From assembly GCF_006345805.1 (NCBI RefSeq), contig NC_043000.1:30752001-30816000 (forward strand): a DNA stretch of 64,000 bases, in the 5' to 3' direction. How positions within the stretch are numbered: the first letter of the stretch is position 1; the number at the start of each line of letters is the position of its first letter. The notes below the pieces were generated by a model that saw nothing but the letters and a program-made list of their open reading frames with translations, was not told the DNA's origin and searched no databases. Positions 39,178 through 51,872 of the stretch are shown one piece after another. Position numbers and translations under genes: made by a program. This stretch comes from Octopus sinensis (taxonomy: Eukaryota).

Positions 39178-39530
39178 ATAACTAGCAGTATCGAAATAAC
39201 TATAAAGCATTTTTAGAGAGTTATAGCCAAAAAATAGAAAAAAATGGAAAAAAATTATGGTAAATTTTTTTGAGAGTTAAAAAGGTCGAGTTGCGTCCCC
39301 ATGACAGTCTGTGGTTTGTGTTTCTGATTCTCGACCCCATGTCGAATTTATCAATTTTTTTCAGAACTGGGGGAACTTTTCAAAATTTTCGCTGCGTTAG
39401 TTTTGAATTATGACATTGGGCTATGTGTGTGTCAAGTTTCATCAGAATCGGTTGAAAGCCGTGGTCAGGGCGAGGGTACAACCTAACAGACACACAGACA
39501 GACAAACTGCCGTTTATATATAGAGAGATA
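39178..39530 (+). mobile_element. Non-autonomous Helitron/Helentron-like (DINE-1-like) element
   Basis: TAACTAGCAGTATCG start, AAGTTTCATCAGAATCGGTTGA core, (CAGA)n then TTTATATATAGAG end, typical of this class. Confidence 0.55.
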
Positions 39531-39889
39531 ACTATAAATATACGTAAGTGTATATCTGTGTATGCGCATGTGCGTGTGCGCGCATGTGTGTGTGCGTGAG
39601 CGCGCGCGTGTGTTTGCAGAATAGTGAAATATTAGAATACTTCGTTTTGCATTCCTTCTATGTGAGGAATATTTCTTTGAAAATAATGGTCAAAATGGCC
39701 AATAAAAATGATATTGCTATTAATTGTATTAAAACTGGAATTATGAAGATTTTACTATCATCGTAGAGTGACCCAATGCGTTGCTTGGAGTTTTGATTAC
39801 ATTTACAAACATAAATGGCTTAAGATTATTGTATAGAAAATGTTTAGTTATCGTGGAAAAGACACGAATTGCGCATTGTGTAATTTCAG

Positions 39890-39925
39890 TCTTTGCAATA
39901 ACCAACACCCAAACCTTCTCTCTTG
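39890..39925 (+). CDS. Candidate 36-nt exon
   Basis: TAATTTCAG| ... CTTG|GTAAGT; (x)FAITNTQTFSLG, phase 1-1. Confidence 0.2.
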
Positions 39926-40863
39926 GTAAGTCAAACATATTGATGTCAGCTTTAAATCATAGCTTTACAAGATCGATTGTGGCAGAGACAATAAAATGGA
40001 GGATATCAACACGTAATTCATTTTATTAACATTTATAAATAATTAGGATAGTATAGGTTATAATATACAGCTTTTGGTCTCCTAATCCTACAGTCCTAAA
40101 CCGAGTTATCGCACAAGTATAGTAAATAACAGGACGCTTAAGATTCTGCACTGTTAATGATTGTCGTGTAATCATAGCTTTTACTGCAGTTTGTGGTAGT
40201 TTTTCTGTCCAGTAAAGAATCTGAAACGTGACTCATTGCGATGTCTGAGAATAAATCTTCGAGACCTGAGATTAAAAGGGCAGTTTCCAATGACAATCGC
40301 AAACATTAGAAATGAAACTCCAGACGGAGAATCAAATATTGTTTTCATTTTGTCTTCAAAACTAAATTGGTATCAGATTATTTCCATTTGTTTATTTTAT
40401 GATACCACAACAAAACTAATGATTAAATATTTTGTTTTGTAACCACGAGGTCATGTGTTCCATTCCACTGCGTAACATGTTAACAAAGTGTTAGAAAGCT
40501 GCTACCTCGTACGATGACGAATAAGACTTTCAAAGGTTTCCAGGAGGGTTTATCAACAGCCATCCTACTGTTGCGCTACTTTGGCACTTTCATCTGATTT
40601 CATTGTTCGAGGGTTTCTTGGGGTCAACGGATACACTTTAGTGAAGGGCGCGGTTGCGCTAGCCATCGGAGAACAGCGAACTTCAGCCAGAGAACAAATA
40701 GTGCTGTTACCCATGTAACCTGCTACAAAGTTTTCACTGTTTATATATATATATATACTATTACGGGGCAGTACATTTTATATATATATAAAGAGAGAGA
40801 GAGAGACAGAGAGCAACAAAGAGAGAGAGGAGACACAGTCAGACAGACAGAGAGATAGATTGG

Positions 40864-41007
<144 letters not shown>

Positions 41008-41489
41008 AAGGTAAAAAGATATATGAGTCGGACGAGTTGCCTATACTTCGCGCGCGCGCACACAGATATGAAGGAAAAATAAGTTAAGCAGAAGAAACAG
41101 TATATACACTTCCTTCACTCCGCACGTTTCACCGTTGTGTCTATTTGTACCTTCAGGAATGGATGTCAATAATGTATTTGGATTGATTTTCTTCCCCTGA
41201 AAAAAATTGTTGTGGATATGTATCGAAATGCATTATTTGTACCAATTGCAGAAGACATAAACAGCCACAATGGCGAAATGAGCAGAGGTGGGGGGGGGGG
41301 AATCTGCACTTTGTGATTATGCAATAAACGCACACACACACATACACGCATACATACATACATACATACATACATACATGCATGCATGCATGCATACATA
41401 CATACATATGTAAAATGTTTACTAGATGTCTGGTAGAATCTTCTTCAGTAAACTTATAAACAGAAATAGCTGTTTTTCTCTCCCCTGCC

Positions 41490-41857
41490 ATCTCCGTCAT
41501 CACGACCACCGCCGCCGCCACCACCACCGCATCTACCCCCACCACTGCTGCCACCACTACATCTACCACTATCTTCATCATCTTCGTAACTTTGTCTTAT
41601 ACAGAACCAAGTTTGAAACCAATTTCTTTTCAAAGGAACTGGAAAGGCTTAACCTGCTCTGTAAATGCAGACATCAAAGAAATTCATGACTTAAGTTATA
41701 CTTTCCCTATTGTTTGTTGTTGTTGCTGTCATTGTTGTTGTTGTTCTTCTTATCCTTCTTCTTCATTTTCTTCTTCCTCTCCTTCCTCTTCATCATCATC
41801 ATCATCATCATCTTCTTTTTCTTCTTCTTCATCTTATTATTATTTTTACTATTACTC

Positions 41858-41956
<99 letters not shown>

Positions 41957-41965
41957 TAGTAGTAG
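41490..41965. repeat. Low-complexity trinucleotide mosaic (CAC/CTT/CAT/ATT/AGT)
   Basis: Direct inspection. Confidence 0.9.
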
Positions 41966-42479
41966 TTGTATTTTTATTCGTATTATCATTGCTGTTGTCG
42001 TTGCTTACTGAATTAAAATGGAGGAAATCGACACAACCAAAAATCAGGAGACGCTTCAAAAAAAAAACAAAAAACATGCGCAACATGGCCGAATTTCCGA
42101 TCGTTTCAAAGAGTTATTTTGATATTTTTATACTTCGCAGAAAACTTTGATAACGACAGTCAAGAGAATAAAGTGTACTTTTGTGAAGCAAAAAGATTTT
42201 TTGCGGGAAGTCAATTTACATACTTGTAGCTTGTTTAATGACGCATATATACACATACAGACACACACAAATTTACACAAGCTCACACACGTACACACAT
42301 AAATACGGTTGCATATATATGCGCTGTGTGGGTGCGTGTATATATAATTATATATATAGATAGATAAAAACTTACTTGGAAAAGGATGTGTGGCGTTCGA
42401 TCATATAATAATATAAATAATATATAAATATTGCATATATGCATACATATATGTACATACCTACATATATATGTATATA

Positions 42480-42714
42480 TACCTGCATATATGGGTACAG
42501 GGCATAAAAAAACGTTGAACACAATGAGAAACGAAAACAAAACAAAAACATAGAAACGAAATTTTGTTTGAACAACGAAAAAACAGAGAAACGAGACATA
42601 TAACATAAAGAATATCCCCCTTCTTCAGTTGTAAGGAAAGGACGCAACTTTCTTGAAACAGTCCTTCCCGCAAAGCAAATTAAATAAAATTTTGCGATTT
42701 TTTGCGGAGGGTGA
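42480..42714. repeat. Unclassified interspersed repeat (also 58000-58340 and 61610-61800)
   Basis: Shared ACAATGAGAAACGAAAAC...ACGAGACAT..AACATAAAGAA..TTCCCCTTC.TCAGTT; the CCTTCCCGCAAA extension is in the 42480 and 58000 copies only. Confidence 0.75.
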
Positions 42715-43155
42715 AATATTCTGCTCAATACCACAGATTTGCTTGTCAGTTGCTTGACCTTAACCAGTTGAGCATGTCCCTTAGTGGCTGACGATATATG
42801 CATTTCTGACGGCGAGCAGAAGTAGTGGGGAAGCATCATAGCCGTGTGATGAAAAGAATTCTTGTAGGTTTGTATAATTCACCTTTGGAAACATGGGTGG
42901 TTCGTTCAACTTCCTTAAACAATTCAGGGACCTTTTGAGCAGGATGGGTTACTCGACCAGAAGAAAATTCTAACTGGACCCCACCTGGAAGGTCAAGCGC
43001 TGTTTATCTTGATACGAGGTCACCATGTCGCGCACATATAGTTGTGATGCATGTGCCAAGTGTACCCTTATCAGACGGGTAGTAATGATGGTTATACTAG
43101 GTTTCGTATGTCTTACCCCAGTGTAACTTTGATGGCATGCACTGCTCTCTCACTC
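42715..43155 (+). mobile_element. About 560-bp (TAA)n-tailed element, copy 3 (5' truncated, opposite orientation)
   Basis: Reverse complement of the 45093 copy; ends CTCTCTCACTC(AAT)n. Confidence 0.85.
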
Positions 43156-43171
43156 AATAATAATAATAATA

Positions 43172-43278
<107 letters not shown>

Positions 43279-43325
43279 CATCATCATCATAATCATCATC
43301 ATCATTATCATCATCATTATCATCA

Positions 43326-43372
<47 letters not shown>

Positions 43373-43397
43373 GTTGTTGTTGTTGTTGTTGTTGTTA

Positions 43398-44062
43398 TCA
43401 TTCTGAAGGACTCTCGGATAGTTGTTAATTACCAGTTATTCTTCACTTGAAAGCAGGCAAATTACAAATCACCAAAGGTTTCAAGTAGTGCTCCTCCTGT
43501 GACTCAAAGAGACAATACTCTCCTTAGAATGCGAGTTGTACCCAACAATGCTGTGTTATGGATCACTTCGAGCCTGAGAGTTGTTCTAATATTCTTAATA
43601 TGTTTTTCAAAGCCCTTGGTAATTGCTCCTAATGCTCCAATTACCATTACTTTCCTCGTGGCCCATAACTTCCCTATCTCGTCCCACAGTGGCTGGTATT
43701 TTTCAATCTTTTCTGTTTCTTTGCATTTCACCCTGGAATCGCCTGGTATTGCAGCATCTATTATCTTTGCTTCTTGTTCATCTTTATGGATGAACCCGAT
43801 ATCTGGTCGTCTCACCTCTATGACATAGTCGCCCTGTATGTTAAAATCCCAGAGTATTTTGTAATGTTCATTCTCCATTCTCCCTCTGGATTGTGTTCAT
43901 ACCACTGTTCGGTGACTCTCTGTGAGTTTTCTTTGCCGCACAACAGCCAGTGGGTATATCTGGCCACATTGTCGTGTCTCCTCTTATATTCGCGTTGTGG
44001 TTTATATTCCTCCCTTCTCAGAGCACATCCTACACTGTGGCGAATCAGTGCTTTTATCATCA
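43398..44062 (-). mobile_element. R4/Dong-like LINE 3' end: CCHC finger and restriction-like endonuclease
   Basis: SPQCRMC..EYKRRHDNVA; KILWDFNIQGDYVIEVRRPDI..KIIDAAIPGD..EKIEKY..VIGALG..ALLGTTRILRRVL*. Confidence 0.92.
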
Positions 44063-44574
44063 CCATTGTTGTTGTTGTTGCTGTTGTTATTATTATTATT
44101 GTTATCATTATAATCATCATCATCGTTTTTTTTTCTAGTGGCTGTAGCGAAAGGGATAGTATGGTGGACCTGTTTGAAAAGGCTAAAACAGACACTTTCC
44201 TTTTTTGGCCAAGCCCTCATCAACTTTTTCAAGTTTCACTTGAAAAGGAAGTTAAGGGTGGAGAGGGAACTGTTGCCTTCTAGCCCGTTTGTTGAAAGGT
44301 AGGTGAATACTGAAAGAATGACCAGTGTGAAAGGACCGAGAAATAAAAGGAAAACGAGCTCTTTCCCTGTTGATCAGGCATCCGTGGCTTTTGTGCGGTT
44401 CTCCACGAGGACCTTAAAGTGCCTCTCCTATTGGGAGTGTTAATTTGTTTAAATTTTCATTGTTCTATTTTGTTTACACGCTGTGAAACTCTTTGTCTCG
44501 TTTTGTGTTGTCTTTTATGTCTGTGTCATGTCATTTAATGTGGCTAATAAAAGAATTAATTATTATTATTATTA

Positions 44575-44935
44575 TCATTGCCTTTGCAAAGCTTCTAACG
44601 TTGGAGATGTATTACAGTGTCAGCTGTTCACAACCAGTGAACTAAGGTAACACCTCTTATTTTCCAAACACCTTCCGGAATATTCGAGCGGTTCCAAGCA
44701 ATGCTGTTTTCTGCAAGTGCTCCACCCTTATGGCAGCCCCTATTTGTTCCACGTACTTCTCAAGATTTCTGCTCACTGTTTCCAGAGCTGAGACAATTAT
44801 TGGTACTACTGCTACCTTTTTCATCGAAAACTAATGCTTATCTTCCCAAGCTAACCTGTCATATCTCTCGACTTTTCTTTCTTCCTTATGGCATAACTTG
44901 TTGTCCAGCTGGGCATGATCCAGCATAGTTTGTTT
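44575..44935 (-). mobile_element. R4/Dong-like LINE 3' terminus (second subfamily)
   Basis: KVERYDRLAWE..VVPIIVSAL..LQKTALLGTARIFRKV, 3' UTR and (AAT)n tail. Confidence 0.85.
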
Positions 44936-44945
44936 TTCTTTCTCA

Positions 44946-45017
<72 letters not shown>

Positions 45018-45049
45018 AATAATAATATAAATAATAATAATAATAATAA

Positions 45050-45092
<43 letters not shown>

Positions 45093-45093
<1 letters not shown>

Positions 45094-45644
45094 GTGAGAG
45101 AGCAGTGCATGCTATCACACTGGGGTAAAATATACGAAGCCCAGTATACCTATCATGACTACCCGTCTGATAAGGGTACACCAGGCACATGCATCACAAC
45201 CATATGTGCGCAACATGGTGATCTCATATCAAGATAAACAGCACATGACCTTGCAGGTGGGGCCCAGTTAGAATTTTCTTCTTGTCGAGTAGCCCATTTC
45301 GCTCAAAAAGGTCCCTGAATAAGGGTTGTTTAAGGATGTGGAACGAAACACCCATGTTTCCAAGGGTAAATTATTCAAACCCCAAAGAATCCCTCTCAAT
45401 ACATGGCTATGATGCTCCCCCACTACTTATGCTCGTGATCAGAGATGCACATATCGGCAGCCACTAAGGGACATGCTCAACTTGTGAAGGTCAAACAACT
45501 GACAAGCAAATCTGTGGTATTGAGCAGAATATTTTCTGTAGCCCATCTTTTATACCAAGACAAAAGAATGTACATGATAACACTTCCAATCAATTGAGAT
45601 CAGAAGTCACGAGAGCCACTGACTAGTACTGCATCAAGGCATTT
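45093..45644 (-). mobile_element. About 560-bp (TAA)n-embedded element, copy 4 (most complete)
   Basis: AGTGAGAGAGCAGTGCATGC...GTACTGCATCAAGGCATTT. Confidence 0.88.
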
Positions 45645-45671
45645 ATTATCATTATTATTAGTAGTAGTAGT

Positions 45672-45744
<73 letters not shown>

Positions 45745-45745
<1 letters not shown>

Positions 45746-46025
45746 TTTATAGGTTTTTCTTCTTCTTTCAAATTTGCTTCCATTTCTTGCTGGGTGTCTT
45801 CCCGACTCCTAGGGCAAAGAAACTCATAGTATACATTGGTAGGTCATTAAACTAAACTCACTAGTTCGTTCATTTTTTTATGGGAATAAAGTTAAATTAA
45901 AATACATGGGTAGTAATAGTTCTCACATCGACAATGCTCTTCTCAATACGTGTGATGTACCAATTAAGACAACCTTTTGCACTTCTTGCAGGGATGGTAA
46001 ACCATGGATCATTCTCATATAATTT
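45745..46025 (-). mobile_element. R4/Dong-like LINE 3' terminus
   Basis: GLPSLQEVQKVVLIGTSHVLRRALSM*. Confidence 0.8.
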
Positions 46026-46046
46026 ATTATTATTATTATTATTATT

Positions 46047-46454
46047 GAGTGAGCGAGCAGAGCATGCCATCAAAGTGACATTGGGGTAAAATATACGAAG
46101 CCCAGTATACCCATCATGACTACCCGTCTGATAAGGGTACACCAGGCACATGCATCACAACCATATGTGCGCGACATGGTGATCTCATATCAAGATAAAC
46201 AGCACATGACCTTGCAGGTGGAGCCCATTAGAATTTTCTTCAGATCGAGTAACCCATCCCGCTCAAAAGGTCCCTGAATAAGGGTTGTTTAAGGACGTTG
46301 AACGAAACACCCATGTTTCCAGAGGTGAATTATTCAAACCACAAAGAATCCTTCTCAACACATGGCTATGATGCTCCCCCACTACTTCTGCTCGTGATCA
46401 GAGATGCACATATCGTCAGCCACTAAGGGACATGCTCAACTGGTTAAGGTCAAA
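46047..46454 (-). mobile_element. About 560-bp (TAA)n-embedded element, copy 5 (5' truncated)
   Basis: (ATT)n on both sides; breaks at GGTCAAA. Confidence 0.88.
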
Positions 46455-46492
<38 letters not shown>

Positions 46493-46499
46493 TCAACAT

Positions 46500-46900
46500 T
46501 TGATAGTTTGAGGGCAAAGTTTTACTGCATCACCTGTTACACCTCCGTGTTACTGGGGTGTGTGCAGTATTGCTTGTTCTTCTTTTTGGTTGTCGGGGGA
46601 GTGTAAACTCCTCTCGGTATTGCATTGTGTCAGTTTGCTTTGTTATAAGGTCTGGTTGCATTTCTTTTGTATTAGTGCTTGTATTGTGGGTTGTGTGTGT
46701 AATTGTTGGTTTCAGGAATTGAGCTGCAGTGTAGAAAGCATATAATACTTCAGCTGTGTCCATCTCTTTTGGTTTTCGTTTTTATTGGGGCGGTGGCATT
46801 AAGAAACCGGTCTGTTTGTTCAGTATTAACTTAGTGCCAGAACACCGTCTCTTGACGTGTGCATAGGGGTCTATCGTATCGTGATCGCCTGAAACTCACA
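46500..46900 (-). mobile_element. Probable RLE-type LINE 5' fragment
   Basis: T/N/K-rich remnant ORF next to (ATT)n; no diagnostic motif. Confidence 0.3.
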
Positions 46901-47344
46901 GGTCGAAATTCGTTTACATTTTTTTCATAATTTTATTACCGAGCTTATCTGCTTTTCTCTCTTTGTTTAAAATGAAACGTGTTGCATTAATTATTTATTA
47001 TCAGTTCTCTCTTTTAAGTTGCTTAAAATTGTTGTCTAAGAATATTTCATCTCCAAGTGTTGTTTACTTCCTTGCGCACGTGACGCTATGCCTGGCAGCG
47101 ACTATGGTTCATATATGAGAGATAAATTTCTGAGTCCTGAAAATACTTACATTAAAAAAACAATATTCTTTCATTTTATTTATTTATTTGCAGTTTCTTA
47201 AATCCTGTTTGTCGAAGATCTAAAATTTAATCCTTCCTCCGAGGGAGATCACAGGTGCACGTACATGGTGTTTCTTATTGGCTATTGTTGTGGCTATCAT
47301 TTTTATCATCGTCAACATCATCATCATCATCATCATCATCATCA

Positions 47345-47475
47345 TTTTAAATTTCTGCTGAGGTCGACTTTGCCTTTCATCCTTTCGGGATCGATAAACT
47401 AAGTGAAACACTGTGGTCGATGTAACCGATCAGTCTCCTCCGCAAAACTTCAGGCTTTGAGGCTTTAGCAGAAAA
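47345..47475 (+). mobile_element. SINE family B 3' fragment
   Basis: GAGGTCGACTTTGCCTTTCATCCTTTCGGG. Confidence 0.8.
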
Positions 47476-47511
47476 GATTATTATTATTTTTTTTTTTTTT
47501 TTTTTTTTTTT

Positions 47512-47832
47512 ATTACTCTTTAAATTTCTGATTAAGCTTCATGACTGAAGCTTGTTTGGAATCTTCATGCTTCAGTGCAGTTCGTAAGAGCACATCACTT
47601 ATTGTATTAAAGTATGTTTCAAGGCCTATTGTTGCTGATTTAAAGGGTTGTTCGAGTTGTACCAGGCTTCTTCCGCCTATTTTTCTTGGGAGATAAATCT
47701 TGTTTACACCTGACTTTGGATGGTGCATTCGGTGCATTGTAAGGATTTTACGGATCTTTCCATCCGTATTCTGCATGTCAGTGAGACTCCACTTAATGAT
47801 ACCGTAGCTATATGCGTTTTGGGGTTTTCAAA
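47512..47832 (-). mobile_element. R4/Dong-like LINE internal fragment
   Basis: SYGIIKW...DGKIRKILTMHRMHHPKSGVNKIYLPRKIGGRSLVQLE. Confidence 0.85.
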
Positions 47833-48363
47833 ATCTTCAATTTTGAAGTACGCTCCAACCGGAAAGTCTGACAGCCTAAAAACAACAGTCAAACCGAAGA
47901 TCCAACATATTTTGGAGGAAATTTTTGTTGTGGGTTTAAAAGTGTTGTTGGAATACAAGGTACGTTTTAACGTGCGTTTAATAGTATTGTTGCAATAATT
48001 TTCACGGATTTGTACTTATTATAGTTTTTTAAAATTAATTTTCTAACGATGATCGTTTGTCTGCTCCGCCAGAGGGAACTGTGGTGTTCTTGTACTAAAA
48101 GGATGTTTTAACTAAAAGGATGTTAAATCACGAAAGAACAGGTATTCACAGAAAGTTGTAGGTATTAAAGTTTCAAAGATTTTGAACATGATCGTTTGTG
48201 TGTTCGGCCAGAGAAAATTGTAGATATAAAAGATTTTCAATTAGTTTCAAAGGAAATTCAAAATACTCACAAGAAATTGTAGACATTCTAGTATTTTGAG
48301 AGTTATTTTTCAGTTGGTTTATTATTATTATTATTATTATTATTTTATTATTATTATTATTAT

Positions 48364-48407
<44 letters not shown>

Positions 48408-48464
48408 TCAATCATCATAATCATCATCATCATCATTATTATTATTATTATATTATGATTATTA

Positions 48465-48561
<97 letters not shown>

Positions 48562-48562
<1 letters not shown>

Positions 48563-48900
48563 GGTTGACGTTTGCTTTGTATTTGCACAAGTTGGCTCCA
48601 AGTCTCACCCAGAGACCTCAAGAAACAACAAATTAGAAGGTCGTGTTGGTGTTATACCTACGGTGTCATATATTTTGTTTTGCACATAGTATTGTTCTAG
48701 AGAATCTTTAAGAAACCATAAGAAAATTATGTTTGTGTTAAAATTTGAGATTACATAGACAGTATGTTACGTAGGATATGGACAGTTCCCATGAGCACTA
48801 TCTTTTGAATTTCTGACATTTTGGGATTTTCTGGTATCTGAGCTAGGTAGCAATCAGCCCCTTTTGTTATCATTCCTAGGGCACCTATGACAACAGGTAT
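48562..48900 (-). mobile_element. R4/Dong-like LINE 3' terminus (third subfamily)
   Basis: [44 protein letters not shown], 3' UTR and (AAT)n tail. Confidence 0.85.
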
Positions 48901-48953
48901 TGTTTTTAGTCGTGTATGTGTATGTATATGTATCTATATATATTGTATGTATA

Positions 48954-49026
<73 letters not shown>

Positions 49027-49051
49027 ATATATATATGTATATATATGTATC

Positions 49052-49112
<61 letters not shown>

Positions 49113-49115
<3 letters not shown>

Positions 49116-49835
49116 GTGTATTTCACGTTCTTTATATATAAGTTTTATTCTATATTATCGCAGCGTACGTGCACCAATCCTTTTATGTTGTCATATCTCC
49201 ACCATTGCACGACTTCTTTAACTTTAACTTTCTCTTTCCCATTCGCCATTGCTTCTTCCCCAAGGTATTTTGGCGCTTCTTTACCAAGTTATTTTGGCGC
49301 CTCTTCCTCCCATCCTCTTTAATTCTTTCTTTCTCTCTCTCTTGGTCATTGCTTTTGTTCTCGGCCCTCCTTAATCCCCTCTCTCTCTGTCTCTCTTTCT
49401 CTCTCACCTTCTTGCAACCTGCTGCTACTAAGCCATTCCATTGGCGACAGCCGCCTGTACTATCTCTACCGAAAAGGTAATCGCTTTCCACGCTTGCTGA
49501 TCAATTGTTTTTGTCCCATTTTGTCTCAAAGTCGTAAGACGCCCCTTGTCATTCCTGTTTTTATTCGTTGCTGTTTCCGATTTTATCTTCGTCTCTTGTT
49601 TTCCTATTCGTCTCTGTTGTCACATTCTTTCCTTCTACCAAGGAAATCTAATGCCCATAGCTTAGCTTTTCCTTGGGGCTGGCCGTTTTGGAGCAAATCT
49701 CAGAATTAAACAGCCGAAATTTGTCATGATGAATCGGTTTCTGACTGAAGAATGAAGGCTCTGAATGACTGTCTGTTTTCCGTGTTCGTCAATTCGTGTA
49801 TTTCACGTTCTTTATATATAAAGTTTTATTCTATA
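49113..49835 (+). mobile_element. Element bounded by about 42-bp direct repeats (PLE pseudo-LTR-like)
   Basis: TCGTGTATTTCACGTTCTTTATATATA(A)AGTTTTATTCTATAT at 49113 and 49794; interior related to 7840-8110. Confidence 0.5.
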
Positions 49836-49869
49836 TATATAGATATATATATATATATAGTTAATCCAA

Positions 49870-50045
49870 ACAAGAAAACAAAAAAACACAACAACGCAAG
49901 GACGTGGAATAAAATAAAGTATTATTGGACGCTCAGGAAAGAAGGGAAGAAGGAGGGTTTAAAGTTTCGAGCGGAGCTCTTCGTCGGAAACATAGGAGAA
50001 GGAAAGATCCCGAGAAGGGAAGACAGAGGAAAAAATAATACACGG
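49870..50045 (-). mobile_element. Second hammerhead-like short element
   Basis: Minus strand GTTT-CCGACGA-A-GAGC-TCC-GCTC-GAAA-CT-TT-AAAC (49991-49957). Confidence 0.6.
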
Positions 50046-50070
50046 GTATATATATAATATATATATATAT

Positions 50071-50109
<39 letters not shown>

Positions 50110-50561
50110 ATACCCGGTAGATAATGTGTGAGTGTGTTTATGTATCTTTCGTCCCTCTGCGTGTGTCTCTCTCTTTCTCTCTCTCCATATGATATATATC
50201 TATATATATATATATTAGATATTATATATACATGATGGGCTTCTTCCAGTTTCCGTCTACCTAATTCGCTCACAAGTATAGCAGACGATCTTTAACCTAA
50301 GCTACAGGTAGTGGGTTGAATATGGCAGCACGTGTTTGAAAATTAATCTTATTAACGAACAGTGATGGCCAGCGCCTACAGTGTGTTGTTTTGTATGTAT
50401 GTAGTATGTATGTTATGTATTTATGTATGGTATGTAGGTATGTATGGGTATATTTATCTGTGAGTGTATTATATATAATTATATATATATATATATAGAT
50501 TATATATATATTTAGATAGATAAGATAGATATATAGATAGATGATAGATAGATAGATTGAT

Positions 50562-50595
<34 letters not shown>

Positions 50596-50657
50596 AACGA
50601 TAGATTAGATAGATAGATAGATAGATATATAGATAGAAGATAGATAGATAGAGAGAG

Positions 50658-50688
<31 letters not shown>

Positions 50689-50816
50689 TGTATTTAGAAG
50701 ATAGCCTACGCACGCACACCCACACATACACGCATTTATATATAGATAGGCTCAGGCGAAATATTGTGATTGAGTGATCAGTATGATATTATCAGGACAA
50801 CGAAAGCGACACACAT

Positions 50817-50852
<36 letters not shown>

Positions 50853-50957
50853 GTTATATATATATATATATATATATATATAGATAACATATATATAGAT
50901 ATATATATCATATATATATATATATATATATATATCTATATTATATATATATATATA

Positions 50958-51021
<64 letters not shown>

Positions 51022-51872
51022 ATATATCGTAATGCCATATGTCGCTTCATTTTATAAATTAAAAGGAATAACACTGTGAGTGAGTTTATAATTTCCACGC
51101 GTAATCTTCCAGTTCAGCAGTTCTAAACCAAGTTTTCGTTTATGTCTAGAAACTAAAAGGACACTTCTAGTTTTCTAGCGTTAACGATCGGCGTCTAATG
51201 TTAGCTTTTACTGTGATTTTTAATCGTTTTTTCCTGTCTGGTAGACAATATGAAACGTGACTCATTATGATGCCTGAGAATAATTCTTCAAGAGTTCAGA
51301 TTAAAAGGGCAGTCTCCTATGACAATAGCAAACATTGTAAACGAAACTCCAGACAGAGAATCAAATATATTTTTCATTATGTCAACAGAAATACATTAAT
51401 ATCAGATTATTTCATATATTTATTTCATAAACAACCACAAATTTATAAACTAGCTGTGTGACACAATGTCATAATCTAGATTTCCAATCTTGCATCGCAT
51501 TCTTAATATGTTGTGATTACATTGGACTCGTTATTTATTAAGTATTTTCTTTTGTAAATAGTTTCCTGACATCAACCGGGAGGAAATAGTATATAAATTG
51601 TTTAAAGTACTTTTAGCCATGTGTGAATGCTTTCGGCGAAATTGTTCGTGGAGTCGGAGCTAGGCAGGTGAGTACGCACGGAATTACACGATATGGCGCA
51701 ACTATTGGACGCAGGGGATTTGCCTCGGCTGATGGGCATCCAGTTTGTTTTGGCAACCACACACACACACCCGTGCATATGGAAATATACACATAAAAAT
51801 ACAAAGAGGATAGAGGAGGAGAGAGCAGCATTGCAATTTATTGATTCAATGTGACTGACAGGAAGAATACCC

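Noticed and set aside
45575-45610. Similarity of ATCAGTTAAGATCAG (as in the 14979 copy, near 15448) to U2 snRNA
   Set aside because: Short match only; the rest of U2 is absent
49183-49491. 102-aa charged ORF
   Set aside because: Antisense translation of a CT-rich tract
51617-51667. 51-nt exon with CAG|GTGAGT donor
   Set aside because: The frame stays open through the donor and the CpG-rich sequence resembles an RLE-LINE N-terminus; more likely a TE fragment
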